From assembly GCA_965215365.1 (NCBI GenBank), contig CBDCDS010000003.1, positions 2,048,001-2,112,000 on the forward strand: 64,000 nt of DNA, written 5' to 3'. This DNA is from Gammaproteobacteria bacterium. Lineage in GTDB: Bacteria > Pseudomonadota > Gammaproteobacteria > Eutrophobiales > Eutrophobiaceae. A program made the translations under genes and the position numbers. A model generated the notes under the pieces. It had not been told where the DNA came from. It worked only from the letters and a program-made list of their open reading frames with translations, and searched no databases. Below, piece by piece: positions 1-10,173 of the stretch; within the stretch, counting starts at the first letter, position 1, and each line of letters opens with the position of its first letter.

Positions 1-8
1 TCCAGACC

Positions 9-1247
9 GTGAACAAACGCAGGGTCGTTATTACCGGCCTCGGCCTCGTCACCCCGTTGGGTAACACCGTTGCCGAATCCTGGGACTCAATTCTGGCCGG
101 CAGGAGTGGCATTGGTCCGATTACCCATTTTGCTGCCGCCGACCACTCCGTCAGAATTGCCGGCCTGATCAAGGACCTGGATGTGGATGCCTACATCCCT
201 AGGAAAGATCAGAAAAAAATGGGCGTGTTCATCCACTATGGCATGGCCGCGGGCATACAAGCGGTGCAGGATGCCGGGATAGATACAGAGGCGCTGGACA
301 AACACCGGGTTGGAGTCGCCATCGGCTCCGGCATCGGCGGTATTTCAGGCATAGAGAAAGGCGTGGAAACACTACGGGACAGCGGCCCAAGACGCATCTC
401 GCCGTTCTTTGTGCCGGCCAATATCATCAACATGATTTCCGGCGACCTGTCCATTCGCTATGGTTTTAAGGGACCCAATTTCTGTATCGTTACCGCCTGC
501 GCAACGGGCACCCACAATATCAGTGAAGCGGCGCGTGTCATTGAGTACGGCGCCGCCGACGTGATGGTGGCCGGCGGCGCTGAGTTTGGCTCATCCCCCA
601 CCTCCATGGCCGGCTTTGCCAACGCCAAAGCCTTGTCCGTCCGCAATGACGAACCGCACCGGGCCAGTCGTCCTTGGGATACAGAACGGGACGGTTTTGT
701 GCTGAGTGACGGCGCCGGTGTCGTCATCCTGGAAGAATTTGAACAGGCCCGGGCCCGCGGCGCGCACATTTACGCGGAGCTTGCCGGTTCTGCCATGAAC
801 GGCGATGCCTACCACATGACCGCGCCGGCGGCAGACGGGGAGGGTGCCGCGCGCTGTATGCGGCAGGCGCTGGCGGATGCCGGCATAGACTGCACAGCCA
901 TTGATTACATCAATGCGCACGGCACTTCTACGCCGGCAGGCGATGTGGTCGAGAGTAATGCCATCAAACAGGTATTCGGCACTCAGGCGCAACGGCTGGC
1001 TGTCAGTTCCACAAAATCCATGTGCGGCCACATGCTGGGTGCCGCCGGGAGTGTGGAAGTCGCATTCTGCGCGCTGGCGTTACGCGACCAGGTGGCGCCG
1101 CCCACGATCAATCTGGACCATCCCGATCCCGCGTGTGACCTAGATTATGTCCCCCATGAAGCCCGCCAGTTGTCGATGAACTATGTATTGTCCAATTCCT
1201 TTGGTTTCGGCGGTACCAACGGGTGCATCATCCTGAAACGCATCTGA
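9..1247 (+). CDS. fabF: 3-oxoacyl-ACP synthase II
   Basis: RRVVITGLG start, TACATG catalytic Cys, INAHGTSTP, SNSFGFGGTN. Confidence 0.97.
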   Translation: MNKRRVVITGLGLVTPLGNTVAESWDSILAGRSGIGPITHFAAADHSVRIAGLIKDLDVDAYIPRKDQKKMGVFIHYGMAAGIQAVQDAGIDTEALDKHRVGVAIGSGIGGISGIEKGVETLRDSGPRRISPFFVPANIINMISGDLSIRYGFKGPNFCIVTACATGTHNISEAARVIEYGAADVMVAGGAEFGSSPTSMAGFANAKALSVRNDEPHRASRPWDTERDGFVLSDGAGVVILEEFEQARARGAHIYAELAGSAMNGDAYHMTAPAADGEGAARCMRQALADAGIDCTAIDYINAHGTSTPAGDVVESNAIKQVFGTQAQRLAVSSTKSMCGHMLGAAGSVEVAFCALALRDQVAPPTINLDHPDPACDLDYVPHEARQLSMNYVLSNSFGFGGTNGCIILKRI

Positions 1248-2095
1248 CCGGCAGCGTTGCCGCGCCCGGCGCGGCGCTGGTTAACGGCGCCCCTAGCGGC
1301 GTCATTTCCGTACATGATCGCGGTCTGCAATTCGGTGACGGCGTGTTTGCAACCATTGCCGTACAAGCAGGTCTGCCACTGTGCCTAGAAGCGCACCTGG
1401 AGCGGCTGCAACAAGGCTGTGCGCGCCTGTGCATTGCCGCCCCTGAACGCACCCTGCTGCAACGGGAGGCGCAGCAGTTGTGCGCCCCGGTGGCAGCAGG
1501 CGTATTGAAGATCATCGTCACCCGGGGCACCGGCGGGCGCGGTTATCAACCCCCGGACGCTATCTCTGCTAACCGGCTGCTGACCTTGCACGAACGTCCC
1601 GTCTATCCATCCGCATTTTATCGTGAAGGCATTCGTTCTTACGTGTGTCAGCGCAATCTCACCACCGGTTCGGAGCTGGCCGGCATTAAACACCTGAACC
1701 GGCTGGAACAAGTGCTGTTGCGTCAGGAGGTCGCAGCAACGTCGTGTCCTGAAGGCGTGGTGACGGACCTGAACGGCAAGGTGATAGAGGGTAGTATGAG
1801 CAACCTGTTCATGGTGAAAAATGGTAAGCTGTTGACTCCCGACCTAGGCCAGGCGGGTGTCTGTGGCATCATCAGGGCCGCGATCATCAAACAGCGTCGC
1901 GCTGCGGGCCTGGCAATCGCAGTTAAGGATATTGAACTTGAAGAGTTATATGAGGCTGAGGAAGTATTTTATTGCAACAGCGTCATCGGCGTGTGGCCGG
2001 TGCGCAGCATCGGTTCTATTGTGTTTAACAGTATTGATACGGCCCTGGAAATCATGCGGGAACTAACGCACGCCAACATGATTGCGAGCGTTTGA
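1223..2095 (+). CDS. pabC: aminodeoxychorismate lyase (start uncertain)
   Basis: DRGLQFGDGVF, GIKHLNRLEQVL, IEGSMSNLF; fabF-pabC-mltG synteny. Confidence 0.92.
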   Translation: MHHPETHLTGSVAAPGAALVNGAPSGVISVHDRGLQFGDGVFATIAVQAGLPLCLEAHLERLQQGCARLCIAAPERTLLQREAQQLCAPVAAGVLKIIVTRGTGGRGYQPPDAISANRLLTLHERPVYPSAFYREGIRSYVCQRNLTTGSELAGIKHLNRLEQVLLRQEVAATSCPEGVVTDLNGKVIEGSMSNLFMVKNGKLLTPDLGQAGVCGIIRAAIIKQRRAAGLAIAVKDIELEELYEAEEVFYCNSVIGVWPVRSIGSIVFNSIDTALEIMRELTHANMIASV

Positions 2096-3135
2096 TGGCG
2101 CCTTTCCGCACGGTACTGCCGCTTATAAAATGGCGATTGTTGTTCATCCCCGTTGTCATTATTGCGCTGGCCGGGTGGTGGCTGCACCGGGACTTACGCA
2201 CGCAGCTTGACGCACCCCTGAATATCGATAGCCCCGAACAATTCGTTATTGCGCACGGTTTGCCGTTGCGCGCCGTTGCCGAAGAAATCACTGCGCGCGG
2301 CTGGTTTGAGCATCCTCGCTACTTGCAACTCGAAGGCCGGCTGCAAGGCGTAGAGACATCGATCAAAGCCGGAGAATACCTGCTCGAACCCGGCATCACG
2401 GCCCGGTCGCTGCTCGACATGATAGTGGCCGGGCGGGTCGCGCAACATGCGCTGACGATCCCGGAAGGCTGGACATTCAGACAGATCATCGACGCACTGC
2501 ACGCACACCCGTATATCAAGCGGACCTTGCGCGCAACGACACCGGAACGCGTGATGCTCGAGATAGGCTATCCCGGCTATGCCGCCGAGGGGCGATTTTT
2601 TCCCGACACGTATTATTTCCCTGCCGGCTCCAGCGACAGGGACTTTCTGCGGCGCGCGTTAACGCGTATGGAAACGGTATTAAACGAGGAGTGGGAGGCG
2701 CGCGCGCCCGGCTTGCCATACCGGTCGCCGTACCAGGCGCTGATCATGGCTTCCCTGATAGAGAAGGAAACTGCCGTAGCCGAGGAGCGGGAACTGGTCG
2801 CCGGCGTATTTGTGCGCAGGCTCAAGCAAAATATGAAGCTGCAAACCGATCCAACTGTAATCTATGCGCTGGGAGAGAGCTTTGACGGCGACCTGCGGCG
2901 CCGGGATCTGAAAGTGGACTCGCCATTCAATACCTATCGCTACCGGGGCCTGCCGCCGACACCCATTGCCGCCGCTGGCAGAGCCGCCATCCGCGCGGCA
3001 CTACAACCGGAAGCGGGTGAGGCGTTATATTTCGTGGCAACGGAGGATAACGGCAGACACCATTTTTCCCGCACCCTGGCAGAACACAACCGGGCAGTGG
3101 TAAAATATCAGCTTAACGGCGGCGGTGAACGTTGA
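2092..3135 (+). CDS. mltG: endolytic transglycosylase MltG
   Basis: N-terminal TM helix, EGRFFPDTY, ASLIEKET, MKLQTDPTVIY, GLPPTPI. Confidence 0.96.
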   Translation: MMAPFRTVLPLIKWRLLFIPVVIIALAGWWLHRDLRTQLDAPLNIDSPEQFVIAHGLPLRAVAEEITARGWFEHPRYLQLEGRLQGVETSIKAGEYLLEPGITARSLLDMIVAGRVAQHALTIPEGWTFRQIIDALHAHPYIKRTLRATTPERVMLEIGYPGYAAEGRFFPDTYYFPAGSSDRDFLRRALTRMETVLNEEWEARAPGLPYRSPYQALIMASLIEKETAVAEERELVAGVFVRRLKQNMKLQTDPTVIYALGESFDGDLRRRDLKVDSPFNTYRYRGLPPTPIAAAGRAAIRAALQPEAGEALYFVATEDNGRHHFSRTLAEHNRAVVKYQLNGGGER

Positions 3136-3758
3136 AGGGCTGGCTGATTACATTTGAGGGTATCGAGGGCGTCGGCAAGACCACCCAGGTGCAAAAAACC
3201 TTCGAGCTGCTGGAGGCCGAACAGCCGGGGCGGGTGCTCGTCACCAGAGAACCCGGCGGTACGCCTGCAGGCGAGGCCATACGCGCGCTGATGTTGCAGT
3301 CTGCGTCTGGCAATATCGATGGCATCACGGAAATGCTGCTGGTGTTTGCCGCCCGTCGCCAGCACCTGCGCACAGTCATTGAGCCGGCCCTGCAAGCCGG
3401 AAAAATCGTCTTGTGCGACCGCTTTACCGATGCCACGTTTGCCTACCAGGGCGGTGGGCGCGGCGTGCCGGAGCAATACATCGAGCGCGTGCAGGATATG
3501 GTGCAGGATAGCCTCAGGCCGCACTTGACACTGTTGTTCGACGCGCCGCCGGAAACGGGTCTGGCACGTCTCAGCACGCGCAAGGATCTTGACCGCATGG
3601 AGACCGAAACAGTAAATTTTTTCCGGCAGGTGCGGACCAGATACCTGGAGTTGGCAGCCCGCCATCCTGAGCGGATCCACGTCATCGACGCAACGGCGGC
3701 GCTCGAGACGGTCACTGCAACCATACGGGCTATCCTGGAGGGACACAAGTTATGCTAA
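3132..3758 (+). CDS. tmk: thymidylate kinase
   Basis: FEGIEGVGKTTQ P-loop, TREPGGT, CDRFTDATFAYQG. Confidence 0.97.
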   Translation: MKGWLITFEGIEGVGKTTQVQKTFELLEAEQPGRVLVTREPGGTPAGEAIRALMLQSASGNIDGITEMLLVFAARRQHLRTVIEPALQAGKIVLCDRFTDATFAYQGGGRGVPEQYIERVQDMVQDSLRPHLTLLFDAPPETGLARLSTRKDLDRMETETVNFFRQVRTRYLELAARHPERIHVIDATAALETVTATIRAILEGHKLC

Positions 3759-3780
3759 CCTGTAAAAAAACACTGCACAG

Positions 3781-4767
3781 ATGTCGATAACTTACCCTTG
3801 GCAGGCGCAACAATGGCAACGCCTCAGGCTCGCTGCCAGTCAGGAGCGGTTGCCCCATGCCCTGTTGTTGAGCGGCATGGCCGGTTCTGGCATCCGGCAG
3901 TTCGCCCTGGCCTTTGCGCACTACCTGCTGTGTGCCGCGCCGACCGCCGCCGGCACAGCCTGCGGACAGTGCCGCTCCTGCCTGCTGGCCAAGGCCGGCA
4001 ACCATCCTGATATCAGGGTGTTGGAAGCCGAAGACGACAGCGCCCAAATCAAGGTGGAGGCGGTGCGCGAGCTGATAGCTTATTTGCAACTCAGCAGCCA
4101 GTATGGCGGGCGCAAAATTGCCATCATAGAGCCGACTGAGGGCATGAATCGCCACGCCGCCAACAGCCTGCTGAAGACGCTGGAAGAACCGGCAGCCTCG
4201 GCCTTGCTGATATTGATATCCTGCCAACCCGCGCGTCTGCTGGTGACGCTGCGCAGCCGTTGCCAGCGAGTCAGTTTTACTGACATCGACCGGCAACAGG
4301 CTCTTGACTGGTTGCAGGGACAACTGGCAGAACCGGCGCCGGCCGAGGAATTACTGGAGCTGGCCGGCGGCGCGCCGCTAACCGCGCTGGAGCTGGCCGG
4401 GAGCGACGCCCTGGCACAATGGCAAGAACTATTGCAGGATTTACAGCACGCCGCCCACCCGCACACCTATCCGGCAGAGATTGCCGAGAAATGGGTGAAA
4501 CAGGATGCCGCGGAGATGTTAACCAGATTGTTGTTCCTGTTCAACAAAATGGCTGTATTGCATGCCAGCGGCGCCAAACAGCCTGTCGTACCATCGGACC
4601 TGAACGGAAAACTGTGCCAGCTGACAACACAATTACGGCTGTCAATGCTGCTGGATTGCCACGCCCTGACCTTGCAGAACTATCAACTGCTCAGCGCCGG
4701 CAGCAATCTGAACAAACAAAGCCTGCTGGAACAGATTATCGTATATTGGCAATCCATCCACAGGTAA
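3781..4767 (+). CDS. holB: DNA polymerase III delta' subunit
   Basis: YPWQ start, ACGQCRSC zinc motif, ANSLLKTLEEP, TLRSRC. Confidence 0.96.
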   Translation: MSITYPWQAQQWQRLRLAASQERLPHALLLSGMAGSGIRQFALAFAHYLLCAAPTAAGTACGQCRSCLLAKAGNHPDIRVLEAEDDSAQIKVEAVRELIAYLQLSSQYGGRKIAIIEPTEGMNRHAANSLLKTLEEPAASALLILISCQPARLLVTLRSRCQRVSFTDIDRQQALDWLQGQLAEPAPAEELLELAGGAPLTALELAGSDALAQWQELLQDLQHAAHPHTYPAEIAEKWVKQDAAEMLTRLLFLFNKMAVLHASGAKQPVVPSDLNGKLCQLTTQLRLSMLLDCHALTLQNYQLLSAGSNLNKQSLLEQIIVYWQSIHR

Positions 4768-4816
4768 GGCTTTTTCCATAGACAACCGCTGCGTTACTCT
4801 GCGTCAGTTGCGGATA

Positions 4817-5620
4817 ATGACCATGAACAATCCATATTTAGTCGACTCACATTGCCACATCCCGTTAATTGAAATGGAAGGCGGGGCCGAGGCCGTTATC
4901 GACGCCGCGCAAGCGGCCGGGGTAGGGCACCTGTTATGCGTTGCCGTTGACCTGGAGTCTTTCCCTGAAATCAGGCAACTGGCGCAGTCCTACGCCTGTG
5001 TGTCTGCATCGGTGGGGGTGCATCCCAATACGTCTCCCAATACGTCTGGAAACCTTGAGCCGACCGAGGAGGTATTGTTGGAGCTGGCGCAAGACCCGAC
5101 GGTGGTGGCCATCGGTGAAACCGGACTGGATTACTATCGTAACGATGGCGACCTGGACTGGCAGCAACAACGGTTTCGCACTCATATCCGGGCCGCGCGG
5201 GAACTCGGCAAGCCGCTGATCATCCACAGCCGGGAAGCCCGGGGCGACGTGATAAACATCCTGGCTGAAGAGGGCGCCGATGCCGTCGGCGGAGTCATGC
5301 ATTGTTTCGTGGAAGATCTGGAGACGGCAAAGCAGGCCATGGACTTGAATTTTTACATCTCTTTTTCGGGCATTGTCACTTTCCGTAATGCCCGGGCGTT
5401 ACAGGAGGTGGCAAAACAGGTGCCGTTGGATCGAATCATGGTTGAAACCGACTCGCCCTACCTGGCGCCGGTACCCTACCGCGGCAAACAGAACCAGCCC
5501 GCTTATGTGCGCCACGTGGCAGAAAAAATCGCAGAGCTGCAAGACCTTGAAGTGGCTGAAGTGATCGAAACCACCACGCGTAATTTCAAGAAGGTCTTTG
5601 CACGCGCCGACTGCGGCTAG
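4817..5620 (+). CDS. TatD family hydrolase (YcfH type)
   Basis: VDSHCH, GVHP, AIGETGLDY, IIHSR, VETDSPYLAP; follows holB. Confidence 0.94.
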   Translation: MTMNNPYLVDSHCHIPLIEMEGGAEAVIDAAQAAGVGHLLCVAVDLESFPEIRQLAQSYACVSASVGVHPNTSPNTSGNLEPTEEVLLELAQDPTVVAIGETGLDYYRNDGDLDWQQQRFRTHIRAARELGKPLIIHSREARGDVINILAEEGADAVGGVMHCFVEDLETAKQAMDLNFYISFSGIVTFRNARALQEVAKQVPLDRIMVETDSPYLAPVPYRGKQNQPAYVRHVAEKIAELQDLEVAEVIETTTRNFKKVFARADCG

Positions 5621-5655
5621 CTCATATATCTCACCATCGTAGCGGAGCCTGACCC

Positions 5656-6795
5656 ATGCCCTTGCGTGAGCATTTCCCCATATTTCAATCAAGAATTCAT
5701 CTTGACAGTTGTTCTTACGGCGCCCTATCGAATGAAGTCAGGCAGGCCTATCTGGAGTATCTGGATGAGCGTGACCGTTATGGCTCGCACTGGGAGGTCT
5801 GGGTGGGCAAGCTGGAAACCTTAAGGAGCATGTTGGCGCAATTACTGAACGCCTCGACCGATGAAATTGCCATGGGCTCCTGTCTGAGCAACTGCCTTAA
5901 TGCCCTGGCCAGCGCATTTGATTTTACCGGGACGCGCAACAAGGTATTGCTCACCGATTTTGATTTTCCCACCACCGCGCAGATCTGGCGCGCCCAGCAG
6001 CGACGGGGCGCAGTGATCGGATGCGTACCCTGTTATCCGGGCGAGCTGACTATCCCCGCAGAGCGGTTTGCCGAACACATCGATGAATCGACACTGGTTG
6101 TGTCTGTACCCCATGTCTGTTACCGCAACGGCGCCCGGCTGGATGTGCAGCCGATTATCGAGGCCGCCCATGCCCACGGCGCGCGGGTATTTCTGGACTG
6201 CTACCAGAGCGTAGGTTCCATGCCCATCGACGTCAAGGCCCTGGATGTGGATTTTGCTGCCGGCGGGACGCTGAAATATCTGGCGTCAACGGCCGGAACG
6301 GCGTTCATGTACGTCCGCGACAGCCTGATAGCAGAGCTTGAGCCGACTACCAGTGGCTGGTTCAGTCAGGCTGATATTCATGCGATGGAGATACATAAAA
6401 ACGACCCGGCGCCCAATGCCCGTCGCTTTGAAACCGGTACGCCGAATGTCGCCAGCCTGTATGCCTCCGGCGCCGGACTGCAACTGGCCAACGAGGTCGG
6501 CCTGGAAACAACACAACAATACGTCAGCGCGCTGAACCGGGCCATCAAGGAAAAGGTCGGGGAAAATGGCTTGCAACTGGCCACACCGGCTGCGGACCAC
6601 AGCCACGGCGCCATGCTTGCCATCAGGTCAACAGATATGCAGCGCCTGGTCGCGGCACTACAAGCGCGGGGCATCACCACGTCCTGTCGCGACGGCAATG
6701 TCAGGATCTCGGCGCATTTTTATAATAATTCTGACGACATAGTGGCATTGTTTGCAGCGCTGAACGACTTGCGGGAACTACTGGTGACGGGTTAG
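5656..6795 (+). CDS. PLP-dependent class V aminotransferase-fold enzyme (kynureninase/cysteine desulfurase-like)
   Basis: HLDSCSYG, DFPT, LDCYQSVG, GTLKYL PLP lysine, RFETGTP, RISAHFYN. Confidence 0.85.
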   Translation: MPLREHFPIFQSRIHLDSCSYGALSNEVRQAYLEYLDERDRYGSHWEVWVGKLETLRSMLAQLLNASTDEIAMGSCLSNCLNALASAFDFTGTRNKVLLTDFDFPTTAQIWRAQQRRGAVIGCVPCYPGELTIPAERFAEHIDESTLVVSVPHVCYRNGARLDVQPIIEAAHAHGARVFLDCYQSVGSMPIDVKALDVDFAAGGTLKYLASTAGTAFMYVRDSLIAELEPTTSGWFSQADIHAMEIHKNDPAPNARRFETGTPNVASLYASGAGLQLANEVGLETTQQYVSALNRAIKEKVGENGLQLATPAADHSHGAMLAIRSTDMQRLVAALQARGITTSCRDGNVRISAHFYNNSDDIVALFAALNDLRELLVTG

Positions 6796-6803
6796 GGGTG
6801 GCC

Positions 6804-7628
6804 TTATAAAGATGCAGAGTTGGTCTCAGTTTTTTGCTCAGGGCTGGTGGCGTCTGCTGAGACATCGGCACCGGTGACGTTGGGCGTTACGGCTGGCGGT
6901 TTGGAAATATAACGTATGCCTTTCAGGGTCAGCCTGAGTGCCTGGAAATGGATCATGCAGATGGTTTTAACCGTCACCAACGGGTTGCTGAGGAAGGCTT
7001 TCAGCAATGCCGTTGCGGACAGGTCGGCAAACCGGCCGCACAGTGACGTTATCAGCGTGGTCTGCTGTTCTGCGTTAATGTAGTCGATCCGTATCGCGCA
7101 ACGTTCAGCCGTTATGTCAAAACGAAACCGGTAGTGGCCCTCCCGCTTGAGATACGGCGATACGTGAAAGCATTTTGGCGCAGCTATCCAACCCCCGGCA
7201 TCAACAGGTCGGCACTGCGGGCGAATGCACACATAACTGTGCGTTTCCCCAAACGTGTTGTTCACCTCGCAAATGATTGCATAAGTATTATCCCTGCCAT
7301 CGCGACACAGCCAGAAACTGACCGGGTTGAATACATAACCCAGAACACGCGGCATACATACCAGCGTAATAGCCTCAGGCCTAGGAACATCATAGCCCGA
7401 CAACATATCTTCAACCCATCGCCTAAGCGAGCCGCCGTCCCGATAGCCGTGATCACGGGTATCTAAGCTGTGCAGCCCAAAACGATTCAGCGGCAGCCGG
7501 GCATTCAATGAGCCGTCTTCTATTGCGTCCAGTGGGATAGCCAGATAATACACGCCGTAACAAAAACGGTTTTTTCTAGGCAAGGTGCGCTGGTGCATGA
7601 CCCTGGCATGTAGAATTGCCGGCTTCAT
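6804..7628 (-). CDS. DUF1365 family protein (UfaO-like)
   Basis: PRVLGYVFNPVSFW, EVNNTFGETHSY, KCFHVSP. Confidence 0.9.
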   Translation of the reverse strand: MKPAILHARVMHQRTLPRKNRFCYGVYYLAIPLDAIEDGSLNARLPLNRFGLHSLDTRDHGYRDGGSLRRWVEDMLSGYDVPRPEAITLVCMPRVLGYVFNPVSFWLCRDGRDNTYAIICEVNNTFGETHSYVCIRPQCRPVDAGGWIAAPKCFHVSPYLKREGHYRFRFDITAERCAIRIDYINAEQQTTLITSLCGRFADLSATALLKAFLSNPLVTVKTICMIHFQALRLTLKGIRYISKPPAVTPNVTGADVSADATSPEQKTETNSASL

Positions 7629-8926
7629 GGTGTCGCCGCTGCATCAACCGCGTCTGCAGAAGCACCACGGCAGGCATTTTCAGAAGTTGCCGCAAATTTC
7701 TCAGCCATGGCAATGGCACTGTTCAAACCGTCTTCATGGAAACCATACCCCTGCCAAGCACCGCAGAACCAGAGCCGGTCTTGCCCCTGGATCTCGTCTA
7801 AGCGTTCCTGCGCGGCGATAGCATTTTGATCGAATAACGGATGTTCGAAGACATACTCATCGTGCAGCAGTGCCGGGTCCGGCTCGAAGGCCGGGTTTAA
7901 TGTCACAAACAACGGATAATCTGTCCCCAACGGCTGTAAATTATTCATCCAGTAGCTCAGGCTCACGGCCGGCTCCCGGTCCTCGCGCCGCTGGCACAGA
8001 TAGACCCAGCTGGCCCAGGCCTGCTTTCTTTTGGGCATACAACGCGTGTCGCTGTGCAACAGCGCGCGATTGCGCTGGTAGCGAATATTCGCCAGTACTG
8101 AGCGCTCCGCACGGGTCGGCGCCTCAATCAGCTGCAACGCCTGATCGCTGTGACAGGCCAGCACTGCGTGTTCATAACGTTCATAACCCCCATGTCGGTC
8201 TGTTACCCACACCCCCGAGGCTACGCGTTGCACCTTGCGCACGCCACAATTTACCCGAATACTGTCCCTGAAAGGCGCGCTGAGCCGGGAGATATATTCA
8301 CGACTGCCGCCGCGCACGGTTTGCCATTTTGGCCGGTCGCGCAAGGCCAACAAGCCGTGATTTTCAAAAAACCGCACCATGGTCATGGCCGGGAAATGTA
8401 ACATCCGCGCCAGCGGGGTACTCCAGATAGCCCCGCCCATTGCCAGCAGGTAATAGCGTTTGAACCAGTCTCCCATGCCGAGCCCGGCCAGACATTCTTC
8501 CATAATTGCTTGTGGATTGGCTTGCACGAACGCGCGCGCATGGCGCTGAAAATACAGAATATCCCGGAGCATACCATAATAACGAGCGCGGAAAATATTG
8601 CGCTTCTGAGCAAACAGGTTGGCCAGCGCCGGGGTGCCATATTCCAGCCAACCGTTATCAATACTGACACCGAATGACATGGCACTGCGGCTCACAGGCA
8701 CCTCGAGTTGTTTGAACAATGCCGTCAGGCGCGGGTAATTGCGTGGATTGAAAACAATAAACCCTGTATCAACGGCCACCGTGTTTTGTGGCGTTGTCAC
8801 CTCCAGCGTGCGGCCATGCCCACCCACGTAGCTTGCCTTTTCATATACCGTGATGTCATGTTTCTGGTATAATGCACGCGCCGCGGCCAGACCGGATATG
8901 CCGGTGCCGATAATCGCAATTTTCAT
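7625..8926 (-). CDS. FAD-dependent oxidoreductase (UfaD/RSP1091-like fatty acid desaturase)
   Basis: KIAIIGTGISG, VDTGFIVFN, WFCGAWQGYGFHEDG. Confidence 0.9.
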   Translation of the reverse strand: MKIAIIGTGISGLAAARALYQKHDITVYEKASYVGGHGRTLEVTTPQNTVAVDTGFIVFNPRNYPRLTALFKQLEVPVSRSAMSFGVSIDNGWLEYGTPALANLFAQKRNIFRARYYGMLRDILYFQRHARAFVQANPQAIMEECLAGLGMGDWFKRYYLLAMGGAIWSTPLARMLHFPAMTMVRFFENHGLLALRDRPKWQTVRGGSREYISRLSAPFRDSIRVNCGVRKVQRVASGVWVTDRHGGYERYEHAVLACHSDQALQLIEAPTRAERSVLANIRYQRNRALLHSDTRCMPKRKQAWASWVYLCQRREDREPAVSLSYWMNNLQPLGTDYPLFVTLNPAFEPDPALLHDEYVFEHPLFDQNAIAAQERLDEIQGQDRLWFCGAWQGYGFHEDGLNSAIAMAEKFAATSENACRGASADAVDAAATP

Positions 8927-9009
8927 ACGTCGGTCGGTCCTTTTTGCTGTTCAGAGGCGACCATAATGATAGAGAATCTCCGGTTCCACAAGCAAGAGCA
9001 GTTATCACC

Positions 9010-10173
9010 GTGAAAAAAACCACCGAGGTATTCCTGCGCGCCCTGCAACGGCTGGTGTATGGCCAGCTTGAGCTGGAGTTGCCAGATGGCACAAAACACC
9101 ACTTTGCCGGCGACAAGCCCGGCCCCAAAGCGCACCTTCGACTGCACGAGGAGGGGGTTGTTGCCAACATGATCCTGCGCGGCAACATGGCTTTTGCCAA
9201 TGACTATCGCGCCGGCAAGTGGGACAGTAACGACCTTGCTGCGCTGCTGGAGTGCGGCTTGCGCAACAGCAGCGCGCTGCAACGTTACACCCGCGGCAGC
9301 AAGACCTTGCAACTGTTGACGGCGCTGTCATACCTGTTCAGACAGAATACCCGGCGCGGCAGTCGCAGGAATATTCATTACCATTATGACCTGGGTAATG
9401 ATTTTTATGCACTCTGGCTGGACCGCACCATGACGTATTCATCGGCCTTGTTCAACGACGATACCGATGAGCTGACCACCGCGCAACACCATAAGTATGA
9501 CCGTATTCTGGAATTGCTGGGTGATACGCCGCAACAGGTTGTTGATATTGGTTGCGGTTGGGGCGGGTTTGTAGAGCGGGGCGTCGAAACTGCGGGGCAT
9601 CAGGTCGAAGGCATTACCATCTCGCCGTCACAATATGCATACGCCTGCAAGCGTCTGCAAAAACACCACGGACAAGCCGCAGTGCGCATGCAGGATTATC
9701 GGGCGCTACGCGGCAACTATGACGCGGTAGTCTCAATCGAGATGTTCGAGGCGGTAGGAGAGCGCTACTGGAATTCTTTTTTCAGGAAAATCAAATCCAT
9801 ACTCAGCAATAAAGGCAAGGCCGTGATCCAGACGATTACCATTGGCGATGAATATTTTGCTGATTACCGGCGCGGCGGCGATGTCATACGCAGCTACATC
9901 TTTCCGGGCGGTATGTTACCGTGTCCGGCCCGCTTCAATCGGGACGCAGCACGCGCCGGACTGCAAATCAGCGACCGGTATTTTTTTGGTGCCGACTATG
10001 CGCGCACCTTGCAACACTGGCTTGGCCGTTTCGAGCAACAATCGGAGGCGCTGTTGGCACTGAACTTTGACCAGCCATTTATGCGGCTCTGGCGTTTTTA
10101 TCTGGCCTCATGTATCGGCGCCTTCCGGGCGCAACGCACCAACGTCATGCAGGTTGAGCTGCGTCATGCCTGA
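9010..10173 (+). CDS. cyclopropane-fatty-acid synthase family SAM methyltransferase (UfaM-like); GTG start proposed
   Basis: HYDLGNDFY, MTYSSA, DIGCGWG, SIEMFEAVG, YIFPGG. Confidence 0.92.
   Translation: MKKTTEVFLRALQRLVYGQLELELPDGTKHHFAGDKPGPKAHLRLHEEGVVANMILRGNMAFANDYRAGKWDSNDLAALLECGLRNSSALQRYTRGSKTLQLLTALSYLFRQNTRRGSRRNIHYHYDLGNDFYALWLDRTMTYSSALFNDDTDELTTAQHHKYDRILELLGDTPQQVVDIGCGWGGFVERGVETAGHQVEGITISPSQYAYACKRLQKHHGQAAVRMQDYRALRGNYDAVVSIEMFEAVGERYWNSFFRKIKSILSNKGKAVIQTITIGDEYFADYRRGGDVIRSYIFPGGMLPCPARFNRDAARAGLQISDRYFFGADYARTLQHWLGRFEQQSEALLALNFDQPFMRLWRFYLASCIGAFRAQRTNVMQVELRHA

Noticed and set aside
4768-4816. Absence of pilZ between holB and tatD
   Set aside because: Also absent in enterobacteria, so uninformative
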